Assembly: GCA_021613535.1 (NCBI GenBank)
Contig: CP075496.1
Location: 3,782,001 to 3,846,000, forward strand
From: Adineta vaga
Taxonomy: Eukaryota > Animalia > Rotifera
Length of the DNA: 64,000 nucleotides
Direction: 5' to 3'
In this document: positions 14,859-26,384 of the stretch, piece by piece
How the letters are laid out: each line of letters begins with the position of its first letter
Numbering within the stretch: position 1 is the first letter of the stretch
Translations under genes and position numbers: made by a program
Notes under the pieces: generated by a model
Databases searched by the model: none
What the model saw: only the letters and a program-made list of their open reading frames with translations
What the model was told of the DNA's origin: nothing

Positions 14859-14977
14859 AGCTTACGACACTCGGTATTCCCAGGCGGTCACCCATCCAAG
14901 TACTAACCGAGCCCGACGTTGCTTAACTTCAGTGATCGGACGAGAACTGGTGTATTCAACGTGGTATGGCCGTAAGC
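14859..14977 (-). rRNA. 5S rRNA copy 2
   Basis: Same sequence as copy 1 by eye. Confidence 0.96.
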
Positions 14978-15287
14978 GTAGAACTAACTCTTGTCCATCA
15001 CTTTTCACGCTATCACAGTTGCACAGCAGTTCCCACCATTGTTGGTTTTAAAATGAAACCTGTAGAGAAGTGTACGTGATTGAAGTATATAAAAAGAAAA
15101 TGTTTGTCATATTCCACCAGTTATTTGTATCCGTAGTAATAGCACATGTTTTGCATGAAATTCAGATATTTTTTGTTAAAAAAGTTTGAATCGTGATAAA
15201 AGAAATAATGCTGGTAGAGTAGTCTAAGGGAAAAGCATTCGACAGTAAAATAGATTTAAAAAGTGATGAAAAAAGAAAGATCAAAAA

Positions 15288-15406
15288 AGCTTACGACACT
15301 CGGTATTCCCAGGCGGTCACCCATCCAAGTACTAACCGAGCCCGACGTTGCTTAACTTCAGTGATCGGACGAGAACTGGTGTATTCAACGTGGTATGGCC
15401 GTAAGC
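15288..15406 (-). rRNA. 5S rRNA copy 3
   Basis: Same sequence as copy 1 by eye. Confidence 0.96.
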
Positions 15407-15715
15407 GTACAACTACCTCTTGTCCATCACTTTTCACGCTATCACAGTTGCACAGCAGTTCCCACCATTGTTGGTTTTAAAATGAAACCCACCGAAACGT
15501 GAACATCGTTGAAATATATAAAAAGAAAATGTTTGTCAGATTCCACCAGTTATTTGTATCCGTAGTAATAGCACATGTTTTGCATGAAATTCAGATATTT
15601 TTTGTTAAAAAAGTTTGAATCGTGATAAAAGAAATAATGCTGGTAGAGTAGTCTAAGGGAAAAGCATTCGACAGTAAAATAGATTTAAAAAGTGATGAAA
15701 AAAGAAAGATCAAAA

Positions 15716-15834
15716 AGCTTACGACACTCGGTATTCCCAGGCGGTCACCCATCCAAGTACTAACCGAGCCCGACGTTGCTTAACTTCAGTGATCGGACGA
15801 GAACTGGTGTATTCAACGTGGTATGGCCGTAAGC
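15716..15834 (-). rRNA. 5S rRNA copy 4
   Basis: Same sequence as copy 1 by eye. Confidence 0.96.
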
Positions 15835-16144
15835 GTAGAACTAACTCTTGTCCATCACTTTTCACGCTATCACAGTTGCACAGCAGTTCCCACCATTGTT
15901 GGTTTTAAAATGAAACCCACCGAAACGTGAACATCGTTGAAATATATAAAAAGAAAATGTTTGTCATATTCCACCAGTTATTTGTATCCGTAGTAATAGC
16001 ACATGTTTTGCATGAAATTCAGATATTTTTTGTTAAAAAAGTTTGAATCGTGATAAAAGAAATAATGCTGGTAGAGTAGTCTAAGGGAAAAGCATTCGAC
16101 AGTAAAATAGATTTAAAAAGTGATGAAAAAAGAAAGATCAAAAA

Positions 16145-16263
16145 AGCTTACGACACTCGGTATTCCCAGGCGGTCACCCATCCAAGTACTAACCGAGCCC
16201 GACGTTGCTTAACTTCAGTGATCGGACGAGAACTGGTGTATTCAACGTGGTATGGCCGTAAGC
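16145..16263 (-). rRNA. 5S rRNA copy 5
   Basis: Same sequence as copy 1 by eye. Confidence 0.96.
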
Positions 16264-16572
16264 GTACAACTACCTCTTGTCCATCACTTTTCACGCTATC
16301 ACAGTTGCACAGCAGTTCCCACCATTGTTGGTTTTAAAATGAAACCCACCGAAACGTGAACATCGTTGAAATATATAAAAAGAAAATGTTTGTCAGATTC
16401 CACCAGTTATTTGTATCCGTAGTAATAGCACATGTTTTGCATGAAATTCAGATATTTTTTGTTAAAAAAGTTTGAATCGTGATAAAAGAAATAATGCTGG
16501 TAGAGTAGTCTAAGGGAAAAGCATTCGACAGTAAAATAGATTTAAAAAGTGATGAAAAAAGAAAGATCAAAA

Positions 16573-16691
16573 AGCTTACGACACTCGGTATTCCCAGGCG
16601 GTCACCCATCCAAGTACTAACCGAGCCCGACGTTGCTTAACTTCAGTGATCGGACGAGAACTGGTGTATTCAACGTGGTATGGCCGTAAGC
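16573..16691 (-). rRNA. 5S rRNA copy 6
   Basis: Same sequence as copy 1 by eye. Confidence 0.96.
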
Positions 16692-17002
16692 GTAGAACTA
16701 ACTCTTGTCCATCACTTTTCACGCTATCACAGTTGCACAGCGGTTCCCACCATTGTTGGTTTTAAAGTGAAACCTGTAGAGAAGTGTACGTGATTGAAGT
16801 ATATAAAAAGAAAATGTTTGTCATATTCCACCAGTTATTTGTATCCGTAGTAATAGCACATGTTTTGCATGAAAGTCAGATATTTTTTGTTAAAAAAGTT
16901 TGAATCGTGATAAAAATATATAATGCTGGTAGAGTAGTCTAAGGGAAAAGCATTCGACAGTAAACTAGATTTAAAAAGTGATGAAAAAAGAAAGATCAAA
17001 AA

Positions 17003-17121
17003 AGCTTACGACACTCGGTATTCCCAGGCGGTCACCCATCCAAGTACTAACCGAGCCCGACGTTGCTTAACTTCAGTGATCGGACGAGAACTGGTGTATT
17101 CAACGTGGTATGGCCGTAAGC
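17003..17121 (-). rRNA. 5S rRNA copy 7
   Basis: Same sequence as copy 1 by eye. Confidence 0.96.
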
Positions 17122-17433
17122 GTACAACTACCTCTTGTCCATCACTTTTCACGCTATCACAGTTGCACAGCAGTTCCCACCATTGTTGGTTTTAAAATGA
17201 AACCTGTAGAGAAGTGTACGTGATTGAAGTATATAAAAAGAAAATGTTTGTCATATTCCACCAGTTATTTGTATCCGTAGTAATAGCACATGTTTTGCAT
17301 GAAAGTCAGATATTTTTTGTTAAAAAAGTTTGAATCGTGATAAAAATATATAAATGCTGGTAGAGTAGTCTAAGGGAAAAGCATTCGACAGTAAAATAGA
17401 TTTAAAAAGTGATGAAAAAAGAAAGATCAAAAA

Positions 17434-17552
17434 AGCTTACGACACTCGGTATTCCCAGGCGGTCACCCATCCAAGTACTAACCGAGCCCGACGTTGCTTA
17501 ACTTCAGTGATCGGACGAGAACTGGTGTATTCAACGTGGTATGGCCGTAAGC
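17434..17552 (-). rRNA. 5S rRNA copy 8
   Basis: Same sequence as copy 1 by eye. Confidence 0.96.
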
Positions 17553-17863
17553 GTACAACTACCTCTTGTCCATCACTTTTCACGCTATCACAGTTGCACA
17601 GCAGTTCCCACCATTGTTGGTTTTAAAATGAAACCTGTAGAGAAGTGTACGTGATTGAAGTATATAAAAAGAAAATGTTTGTCATATTCCACCAGTTATT
17701 TGTATCCGTAGTAATAGCACATGTTTTGCATGAAAGTCAGATATTTTTTGTTAAAAAAGTTTGAATCGTGATAAAAATATATAATGCTGGTAGAGTAGTC
17801 TAAGGGAAAAGCATTCGACAGTAAAATAGATTTAAAAAGTGATGAAAAAAGAAAGATCAAAAA

Positions 17864-17982
17864 AGCTTACGACACTCGGTATTCCCAGGCGGTCACCCAT
17901 CCAAGTACTAACCGAGCCCGACGTTGCTTAACTTCAGTGATCGGACGAGAACTGGTGTATTCAACGTGGTATGGCCGTAAGC
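17864..17982 (-). rRNA. 5S rRNA copy 9
   Basis: Same sequence as copy 1 by eye. Confidence 0.96.
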
Positions 17983-18291
17983 GTACAACTACCTCTTGTC
18001 CATCACTTTTCACGCTATCACAGTTGCACAGCAGTTCCCACCATTGTTGGTTTTAAAATGAAACCCACCGAAACGTGAACATCGTTGAAATATATAAAAA
18101 GAAAATGTTTGTCAGATTCCACCAGTTATTTGTATCCGTAGTAATAGCACATGTTTTGCATGAAATTCAGATATTTTTTGTTAAAAAAGTTTGAATCGTG
18201 ATAAAAGAAATAATGCTGGTAGAGTAGTCTAAGGGAAAAGCATTCGACAGTAAAATAGATTTAAAAAGTGATGAAAAAAGAAAGATCAAAA

Positions 18292-18410
18292 AGCTTACGA
18301 CACTCGGTATTCCCAGGCGGTCACCCATCCAAGTACTAACCGAGCCCGACGTTGCTTAACTTCAGTGATCGGACGAGAACTGGTGTATTCAACGTGGTAT
18401 GGCCGTAAGC
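18292..18410 (-). rRNA. 5S rRNA copy 10
   Basis: Same sequence as copy 1 by eye. Confidence 0.96.
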
Positions 18411-18719
18411 GTAGAACTAACTCTTGTCCATCACTTTTCACGCTATCACAGTTGCACAGCGGTTCCCACCATTGTTGGTTTTAAAGTGAAACCTGTAGAG
18501 AAGTGTACGTGATTGAAGTATATAAAAAGAAAATGTTTGTCAGATTCCACCATTTATTTGTATCCGTAGTAATAGCACATGTTTTGCATGAAATTCAGGT
18601 TTTTTTCTCGAAAAAGTTTGAATCGTGATAAAGATAAATAATGCTAGTAGAATAGTCTAAGGGAAAAGCATTCGACAGTAAAATAGATTTAAAACGTGAG
18701 GAAAAAAGAAAGATCAAAA

Positions 18720-18838
18720 AGCTTACGACACTCGGTATTCCCAGGCGGTCACCCATCCAAGTACTAACCGAGCCCGACGTTGCTTAACTTCAGTGATCGG
18801 ACGAGAACTGGTGTATTCAACGTGGTATGGCCGTAAGC
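18720..18838 (-). rRNA. 5S rRNA copy 11 (unique upstream flank)
   Basis: Same sequence as copy 1 by eye; spacer homology stops at its 5' end. Confidence 0.95.
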
Positions 18839-19360
18839 ATTTGTCTTACTTTTTTCTACATTCTTATTTCAAATAATATCGTTACTCAATTTATTAATTT
18901 AACAAAGATCAACAGAAGTACTACCAAAATCATTTCTCATTAGGCAAAACGCTCGATGAATCCTACTGTATAGAATGATAGCAAATGATTAAATTTTTGC
19001 ATAAAATTTTATGGTTGTTTAAAGTCTCTTCCGCATTTGATTCTGAACAAATGCAACACGACATAAATATTCTTTGAAGATTTTATTGTTTATGACAAGA
19101 TTAGATTCTCATCCCTAAAAATAATACTCTATAACTGATTATTTCCGAGTATATTCTATTTTCTTTCGCTTTTATCGTTCATATATGTTCATACAATTGG
19201 CAAAAATTATTGTAAACATCCGAGTCTTAGAAGAGAAATCTAATCATTCGGGCGGAAGAAAGCAAAAAAAGAGGATGAAACTAGATTAGAGAACACAGCA
19301 TCGTGAAGAAACTAACTAAACAATGATGTTAGTTCAGTCATCGGAGAAACGAAAAGAACA

Positions 19361-21200
19361 ATGCTTGAGACGATATGTCTAAGTTTTGTAAGAATAATAA
19401 TCGTATTTCAATTGAATCGGATATCTTGTATAGATTCATCATCAGATTTAAAAAATGTTTCAATGGTTCTAAATCATCTTTTGAAATCTTATGATCGTTA
19501 TCATCGGCCTACCTATGGAGGTATGTAATTAGCATTATTCTGTCTTTGTATCTTTCTATTCTATCAATTACTTAAGGTGAACCAGATAAAGTCATCGTCG
19601 ATATCTATGTTCGTAGTATGGGTGGCATTAGTGAACTCGATATGGAATATTCTTTCGATTGTTTTTTTCGACAACGCTGGACTGATAAACGTTTAATATA
19701 TAATCAAACATCCGTTATGAATTATACATCATTACCGGTTAGTTTTCAAATGTTTTCAAAAATTTGGAAACCTGATACATATTTTTACAATGGTCGACGT
19801 TCATACATTCATTCAGTACCTCATGTTAATCGTTTTTTTCGTATTGCTAATGATGGTACTATTCTCTATTCTCAACGGTGAGTTAACCATTCATTTGAAA
19901 TACGTCGCAGTTAATGTACTTCATTTTCAGTCTAACTATTCGAGCTACTTGTGTAATGAATCTACGAAATTTACCACTCGACACTCAACGTTGTACATTA
20001 TTAATTGGAAGCTTTGCTTATGATAGTGAAGAAACAGTATACGAATGGAATAATAATAGTGCTGTTGATGTCCAAAGCAATTTAATTATGAATCAATTTT
20101 CTTTATTTGATGCGAGTGTTGGCAAACGATTTCTTGATAGCGATAATCGTAAGTAAACAGGATTTTACATTCTTAGTTTATATGTTAGAAAGAGAATAAC
20201 TTTCGATCGTTGAAGTTCAACTAGTATTCGATTATGATAAAATTACATTCGAGAACGTGCGCTGACAGAGAAGGAACAATAAATCTCCTTAGTTTTTGGA
20301 TTATCCGATAGTCTTTTTAATTTCTTAAGTGTACTCTCAACTGAGATGAATATAAATGTCTGTCTATTAATTCTATATAGTTAAAATTATTGATCTATAA
20401 AATCATGTCAAATTTCATCTTTCCCTTTTTTTTCCATAGGAACTCGATCGATAATCTACGTTGTATTTGCATTTCGTCGTCATGTCGGTTATTTTCTACT
20501 ACAACTATATATTCCATGCATACTTATTGTCTTTTTATCATGGGTTGGCTTATGGTTAAATCGTGAAGCAACAAATGATCGTATTAATTTAGGCGTAACA
20601 ACTGTGTTAACACTTATATTTGTAATCATTGAAGGGAAGAAAGATTTACCGAAAGTTTCATATATAACTGCACTCGATTTATTCTTAGCTGTCTGTTTCA
20701 TATTTGTCTTTTCTACACTCTTCGAATTTGCACTTGTTCATTATTATACTAAGGCACGAACTGGCGATTTGAATGAAAACATGCGTGATTTAGAAGATTA
20801 TGTTATTCGAGTAATGAATTTTTCTTTTTAAAGATATTTTGATTTTATCCATTTGTTTTTTCTTTTCTACTAGACTGATAATACGGATTCAAATAATCAT
20901 GATATTATTTCCAGTGATGTTCATTTAGTTTATAGACCATCAGTTGCCGCTACACCATCACTGAAGAGTGAAACATCGAACAACGTTGCATATAAATGTT
21001 GGCGAAATTTTCATTGTAAACCAGCTTATTCAGCATTTCAAGGACGAGCTTTGAAGAATATTTTCTATGCAAATAGTGAAAGTAAAATTGATATTATTGC
21101 ACGTACCCTTTATCCATTAGCTTTTTTCATATTTAATTTCATTTACTGGACCTATTATTTATATGCAAGTCGACAACAGTCAAAAGGTGAACAAACTTAA
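19361..21200 (+). CDS. Cys-loop ligand-gated ion channel, GABA-receptor alpha/GRD-like subunit, multi-exon
   Basis: Signal peptide, DCFFRQRWTDKRL, IWKPDTYFYN, Cys loop CVMNLRNLPLDTQRC, M1-M2 YIPCILIVFLSWVGLWLNREATNDRINLGVTTVLT, LPKVSYITALD and M4 SKIDIIARTLYPLAFFIFNFIYW. Confidence 0.92.
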
Positions 21201-22140
21201 ACTAATACCACTGTTTTGAATTAGTCAATGTTGTTTATATATATATCACAGCTGTTTGTTTAAAATAAAAAAAAGTAAAGAACATATAAAAGGCATAATG
21301 AGTTTTGTTTTGAATGGAAATGAATATGACATTATGGAACATTCACAGATGAAAAGAATGTAATCATATTTGATAATTATCTTTTATTGTTACTTAAGGG
21401 AAACACGAACAAGAAAAGAGATTTATTCATAGTAATTAATTTTGTGAATGATTTATATAAATATAGGTAATTCACTGTGAATATCAACATGAAACATGTA
21501 GTTTCATATAATATTTCAATTTCTAGAGAAATTTTGCCCTTAAGTTAAGAAGATTACTACATAGCTTCTTAACTCTTAGCTGAAGTTTAAAAATAAAACA
21601 TTCAGCGCCTTGTATAATGAAACAGTAGTGGCGAAATACCTCGACTTATACTGTTTATTCTTAGTAGTTATAATATATTTACGCAATTAAGAACAGGACT
21701 CTTTGTTCGACATAATATCGAAGTTTATACATAGAAATTGAATCCTATCAAAATAGTTAATCATAATCTCAATCATTTCTTTGGTGTTCATCTTTTTTTA
21801 ATAGTAATCATGGTTTTTGTGACAACATATCATATTATAGTAATATTCAAAAATATTCATTTGCACCGAGACAGGATATACATGACATATCAATAACTAC
21901 GTTATACGATACAGATCTCATATGCCTCATAAATCCTAATCGGAAATTGAGTCGTTTCTATTAATATAAATTAAGTTCGTTTGTTTCACCTAAAGTAAGT
22001 ATTCTTCCAGTTAGAAAAAAAATCTTTTTTCTTCTTCGTCTTTATTGAAATTTGTTAATAACAACAATATTCAAGCAGATGTTTATTACTGACGTTTCAG
22101 AATCTAGAATATATCTTTCCGAGAATATTCTTTTGTTTTA

Positions 22141-23267
22141 ATGGCGTATGATCAGAACGACTTGATGTCATCAACAAATCACCGTTTTTTTGAAATAAAT
22201 AATTTAAATTATTTCAATAAAACGAATAGTTCTACCAATCCAACTGAAGCAGTAATTATTGCATTTCATATTGGACAGATCATATCGTTTCTTTGCATTA
22301 TCTTTGGTATCCTCGGAAATCTTTCTTTGATATTAGTCATTTATCGTTCGACGTTTCTTAATGTCCCATATGGTCTACTTCTCTTATTTATTTCCACATT
22401 CGATATCATACGCCTAATATCTGCAATAGTTTACTATTTAATACAAGCTTTTCTTATTCCATTAACATTATCTACAGTAACAATCTATGTAACATTATAT
22501 CGTTATCCAAAAATAGTGACTAATTGGTTAAAAGTATTTCTAGCAATTGAAAGATTTCTTGCTGTAAAATATTGGATTCGAAATCGATACAATATCAATT
22601 CAACTCACTCAAAACAAATCAATCGTTCACGACAAAGAAAACTTTTGCTTCTCATCCTTATCTTATTACTTTGCAGTATCATCAGTCAACATCCAAATAC
22701 ATTTCCCAATCGATTTGTATCTACACATATTGATCCTGCTCGTTTACTAATTGTTAGTAAACCTAATCGGCATTTTTATTATGGAAATTCTGTTTTCAAT
22801 GGTATTCTCTTTACTATCATTAGTTATATAATTCTCGATGATTTTTTACCAATTCTGTTATTATTTGTATGCAATACATTTCTTCTCTATCAAATAAGAC
22901 ATCTACCAACAGTTACAAGTAGAAAATTAACTGATTCAATATTGATTCTATTCTTTCTCACAATATTTTCAATATTTGTCGTGCCAAGATCATTTATGGT
23001 TGTATTCAATCTATATGGTAATCAAGATCATATCGATAATACAATTATTTCTGTCGTATTTCATACGTGTCAAGGTATGAAGATCTATATAGTACATTTC
23101 ATAATTTCTTTTTCTTTTATCTAGGTCTTGAAATGATTAATCATGCAATAACTGGTTATGCATCATTTCTAAGCTGCCGATCTTTACGAAAAGAATTAAT
23201 TAAAACTTTTCGAATAATATACGAAAAATTGAAACTAAAAAAGACAATGTCAGAATTGTCCACATGA
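22141..23267 (+). CDS. Class A (rhodopsin-like) orphan GPCR, intron 23075-23124
   Basis: GILGN in TM1, FLAIERFLAV (DRY-like) motif and seven hydrophobic segments; the splice restores the frame to TGA at 23265-23267. Confidence 0.8.
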
Positions 23268-23768
23268 TTTAATCATCAATTATTGAATATTGTAACATTT
23301 CCTCTTTAACTTAGTTTCAATATTTTCAGACTGATTTTCTCTTCTATTCATAGTTGATCATATCTGATTACAGTCGTAAAAGGTTAGAGATATCTATTTT
23401 TATCTATACAATTATCAGACATGTTGCTCTTTCGACAAAAAAAAGAATGAGTAGAAAAGGAGAAAATTGGAAGTGTTTTTCATATTCGAATAAATGATGA
23501 ATCGAAACAGATTCGTATATATTGGTTCAGGAATTGCTATTGCAATTGTTTTATTCGTTGCTGGAATTCTTATCGGTCGTTTTGCTATACCAAGATCAAC
23601 TGATAATGTTCATACAGACAATAACTATTCTGAAGAAGAACAGAATGTGGTACGGAATGATTTGAAAGAAAAGTTTTTGGAGTTGATTAGTGCACAAGAA
23701 ATAGAAGCAAGTCTTCGGTAAGAGAAAACATCTGTGATGCTTGAAAGATTGAATAGCGGATTTTATTA
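22530..23768 (+). repeat. Direct segmental duplication, copy 1 (GPCR 3' half + intergenic + peptidase exon 1)
   Basis: Aligns with 29069-30248 at high identity. Confidence 0.95.
23494..23717 (+). pseudogene. Orphan duplicate of the GCPII/NAALADase first exon
   Basis: Near-identical to 29974-30197 with an intact GT donor; homology ends just before the intron acceptor AG. Confidence 0.8.
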
Positions 23769-25728
23769 CTTTCGTATCCAAATTCTGTTCGACCATATTG
23801 CGAAAAGTAGCTGCTTGACATTGAGTTTCGGTTAAACATTTTATTTGTCAATCACGAATATTTAGTGCAATAAGAGTAATAAATAGTAAACAAGTTCATT
23901 TGAACATGGAAATTGCTGATCATTTGTTACTGACATCGCAAATGATCTGATATTTTGTGCATTTGATTGCATAATAAAAATAAATATATATATATAATTA
24001 ATAAAGATGTCTCCCAATGTTTTAAACTCAGAATGAAATGCAACACATCGAAAGGATAGAGAGCAATCTTTTTCTCTTTTTCTCCTACTAAGTTATGAGC
24101 ATGTTCATGACTTTCTTATTGCTGATATGTTTAATGAACTTCTCTTTGAAAATCAAGCCATAACGTTTTCCTACGCAAAAAGAATAATATTTTTTTATAA
24201 AAATTTATTAGATAACACTTTCAACTCAAGAGACGTATATATACATTATGCAACTTGTACATCAGTACCTTGTCTTTCAATATTTAAACCAATTTGGTTA
24301 GATTCTTCTATACAACCTCCAAAGTTTTTATCATGCATTGATGAGAGGAATCTTGGTAATGCGCCCACTACGTTTTCATTGAAAAATATTTGATGGAAAT
24401 CAGAAATTGTAACAAGAAATTTAATGCAAAATTATCGAACATTGATTAAACAAATTGAAATGGAAAGAAATGAATTAGTTTTGAAATCAAAAGAACTTTC
24501 ATTGAGAAATATTTCACAAGAAAAAAGAAATCAATTGATAATCTTTGCATTTGGTAAAGTAATTTGCATGGAGAGAGAGAAAGAAAGATTTGATTTTAAA
24601 TCGAATATTTATTTTATTTTAGGTTGATGAATTATTAAATGAATGGTTTTTTGAGAATATTATTTGATATAAAAAGTGAACTTTCATTTTGGGAAGAATT
24701 AACATAGGACAAATGAAGAAGATCAGCTAAAATTCCATCAAATTACTTAACTTATTCAAAAGTTGAATATGGAAAAAATCTTCTGTTATCATTTGGTTTA
24801 TTGATTCTATTAATTCTGTTTTGGAAAGTTTTTATGAACAATTCTAGTGAACAATATTTGATTCTTTTCTCATTGTCATTTAATTTATTTTTATATATCA
24901 AACATGAAATATTTATAGAGAAAATAAAAAAAACAATCACACGAAATTAAGATTTGTTTTTTTACATTTTTTTCAAAACTTTGTATAAACTTTTTGTTTG
25001 TTTAGCATATTGTTTAATTGAAGTTTATAATGAGTGAACCTGTCGAAGATTCCTTTTGGATTTATTGCTTGAAGAAGTTGCATAATTGATTCAATGAATA
25101 AAATATTCGCTAAAATTACAAGATACATGTTTTCCTTATGGAAGAGCAAAATATGTCTCACTACTGAATAAATTATTCTATCAGAAATATTTGACTGACT
25201 ACTGCGAAACAAGCACGAGATAACTATACAAAGAAAGTTTAAAGTCAACTTACATTCACATTTTGCTTCTTCTAAATGTTTTACCACTTGATCGATTACC
25301 ACATTCATGATAGCTTCTCTAAATACTCGTTATTATATATAGAGATAAAAAGGCAAATTAAACTACATACTGCTCCATGGAAAACATTTCATCATCCCAA
25401 CTAATCGCTGATCCCATTTCACGAAGTTTAACAGCATCTTGAATCACCACTAAAACAAATATCAGATTTACTTTATGCATCGCATGATATATTTTTTTAC
25501 AATCAAAATTTTGTAATTTATAATTTACTATTACACGTTTGCGTAAAACAGAACTTTGTATTTAGCTAGCTCCGGAGGCAAATCTGATTCAATCAGTTCA
25601 GATAAAATCTAACAAAGAAAAAATAAAAATACAAAGAATTTTTTTATTAAGTTGCTCACTATTTTTTACATTCACTGAAATGTTTTTCATTCAATAACAT
25701 TTCTACCCTTCCAAGTTTTGCGTCCATT

Positions 25729-25914
25729 CCCAGGTCGAAGAATCCGAGCCGGGACTCGCCGGAACCAGTATTCCGAACCAGATATTTTCGGATTTTTTCG
25801 CTCGCTTCTGACTAAGTTCCAGTCGTTTTCCGACAATTCCGACTGGAATTCCTCGGAAAGGCGTGATTTCCGGCAGGTTCCGTGCGGATCCGTAGCCGGG
25901 AAACATCGTCCGGG
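25729..25914. mobile_element. GC-rich MITE-like element with degenerate CCCAGGTCGA terminal inverted repeats
   Basis: Begins CCCAGGTCGAA and ends ATCGTCCGGG; strongly GC-rich against the background, with many CCGGA/TCCGA motifs. Confidence 0.6.
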
Positions 25915-26091
25915 GTTGTGGTTTCATCCATGTTTCAATATAAATGATCGATCAACAAGGTAGCAAGCGAAGCGTAAGTAAAATAATTTTTTTTCCTCTC
26001 TTGTTTTATTTATTTTCATCCATGACAAAAGACAAGTATGTTAGTGTAATGACTGGACTAACCAACATCAAAAGGTAACCGTTTGATGGTT

Positions 26092-26384
26092 CTCAGGTCG
26101 AACTCACCCTGTCGGATCCGATGGGAATTCGCCGGAATCCTGACAACAGGATTCCGATATGCGGTTCCGGATGTCGGAAAGTGTCAGATTCTCAGAGGTT
26201 TCGACAGGATCCTAGTTATTCCGACATCCGATGCCATTTTTGTCGGAATCCTGTTGCCAAGATTCCGGTAACTTCCGACAACTTCTGGCGAATTCCCCAT
26301 CGGATTCGATAAGATCCGATAGTTTTTTCGCCGGAATCCGCCTGTCGGATCGAATCACCTGGGCATTGGATTGGTTGACCTGGG
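26092..26384. mobile_element. GC-rich palindromic MITE-like element
   Basis: Begins CTCAGGTCGAA and ends TCACCTGGG (26363) or TTGACCTGGG (26384). Internal arms TCGGATCCGATGGGAATTCGCCGGAATCCTGACAACAGGATTCCGA and TCGGAATCCTGTTGCCAAGATTCCGG...TCTGGCGAATTCCCCATCGGATTCGA are reverse complements. Confidence 0.7.

Larger units (their letters stand above)
14431..18838 (-). repeat. Tandem 5S rDNA array: 11 genes, 10 spacers, period 428-431 bp
   Basis: Near-identical units counted directly from the sequence; the spacers carry shared polymorphisms. Confidence 0.97.

Noticed and set aside
14431-18838. CRISPR-like array, and ORF 14405-14623
   Set aside because: The repeat is 5S rRNA and the spacers are homologous to each other; the ORF is an antisense translation of 5S.
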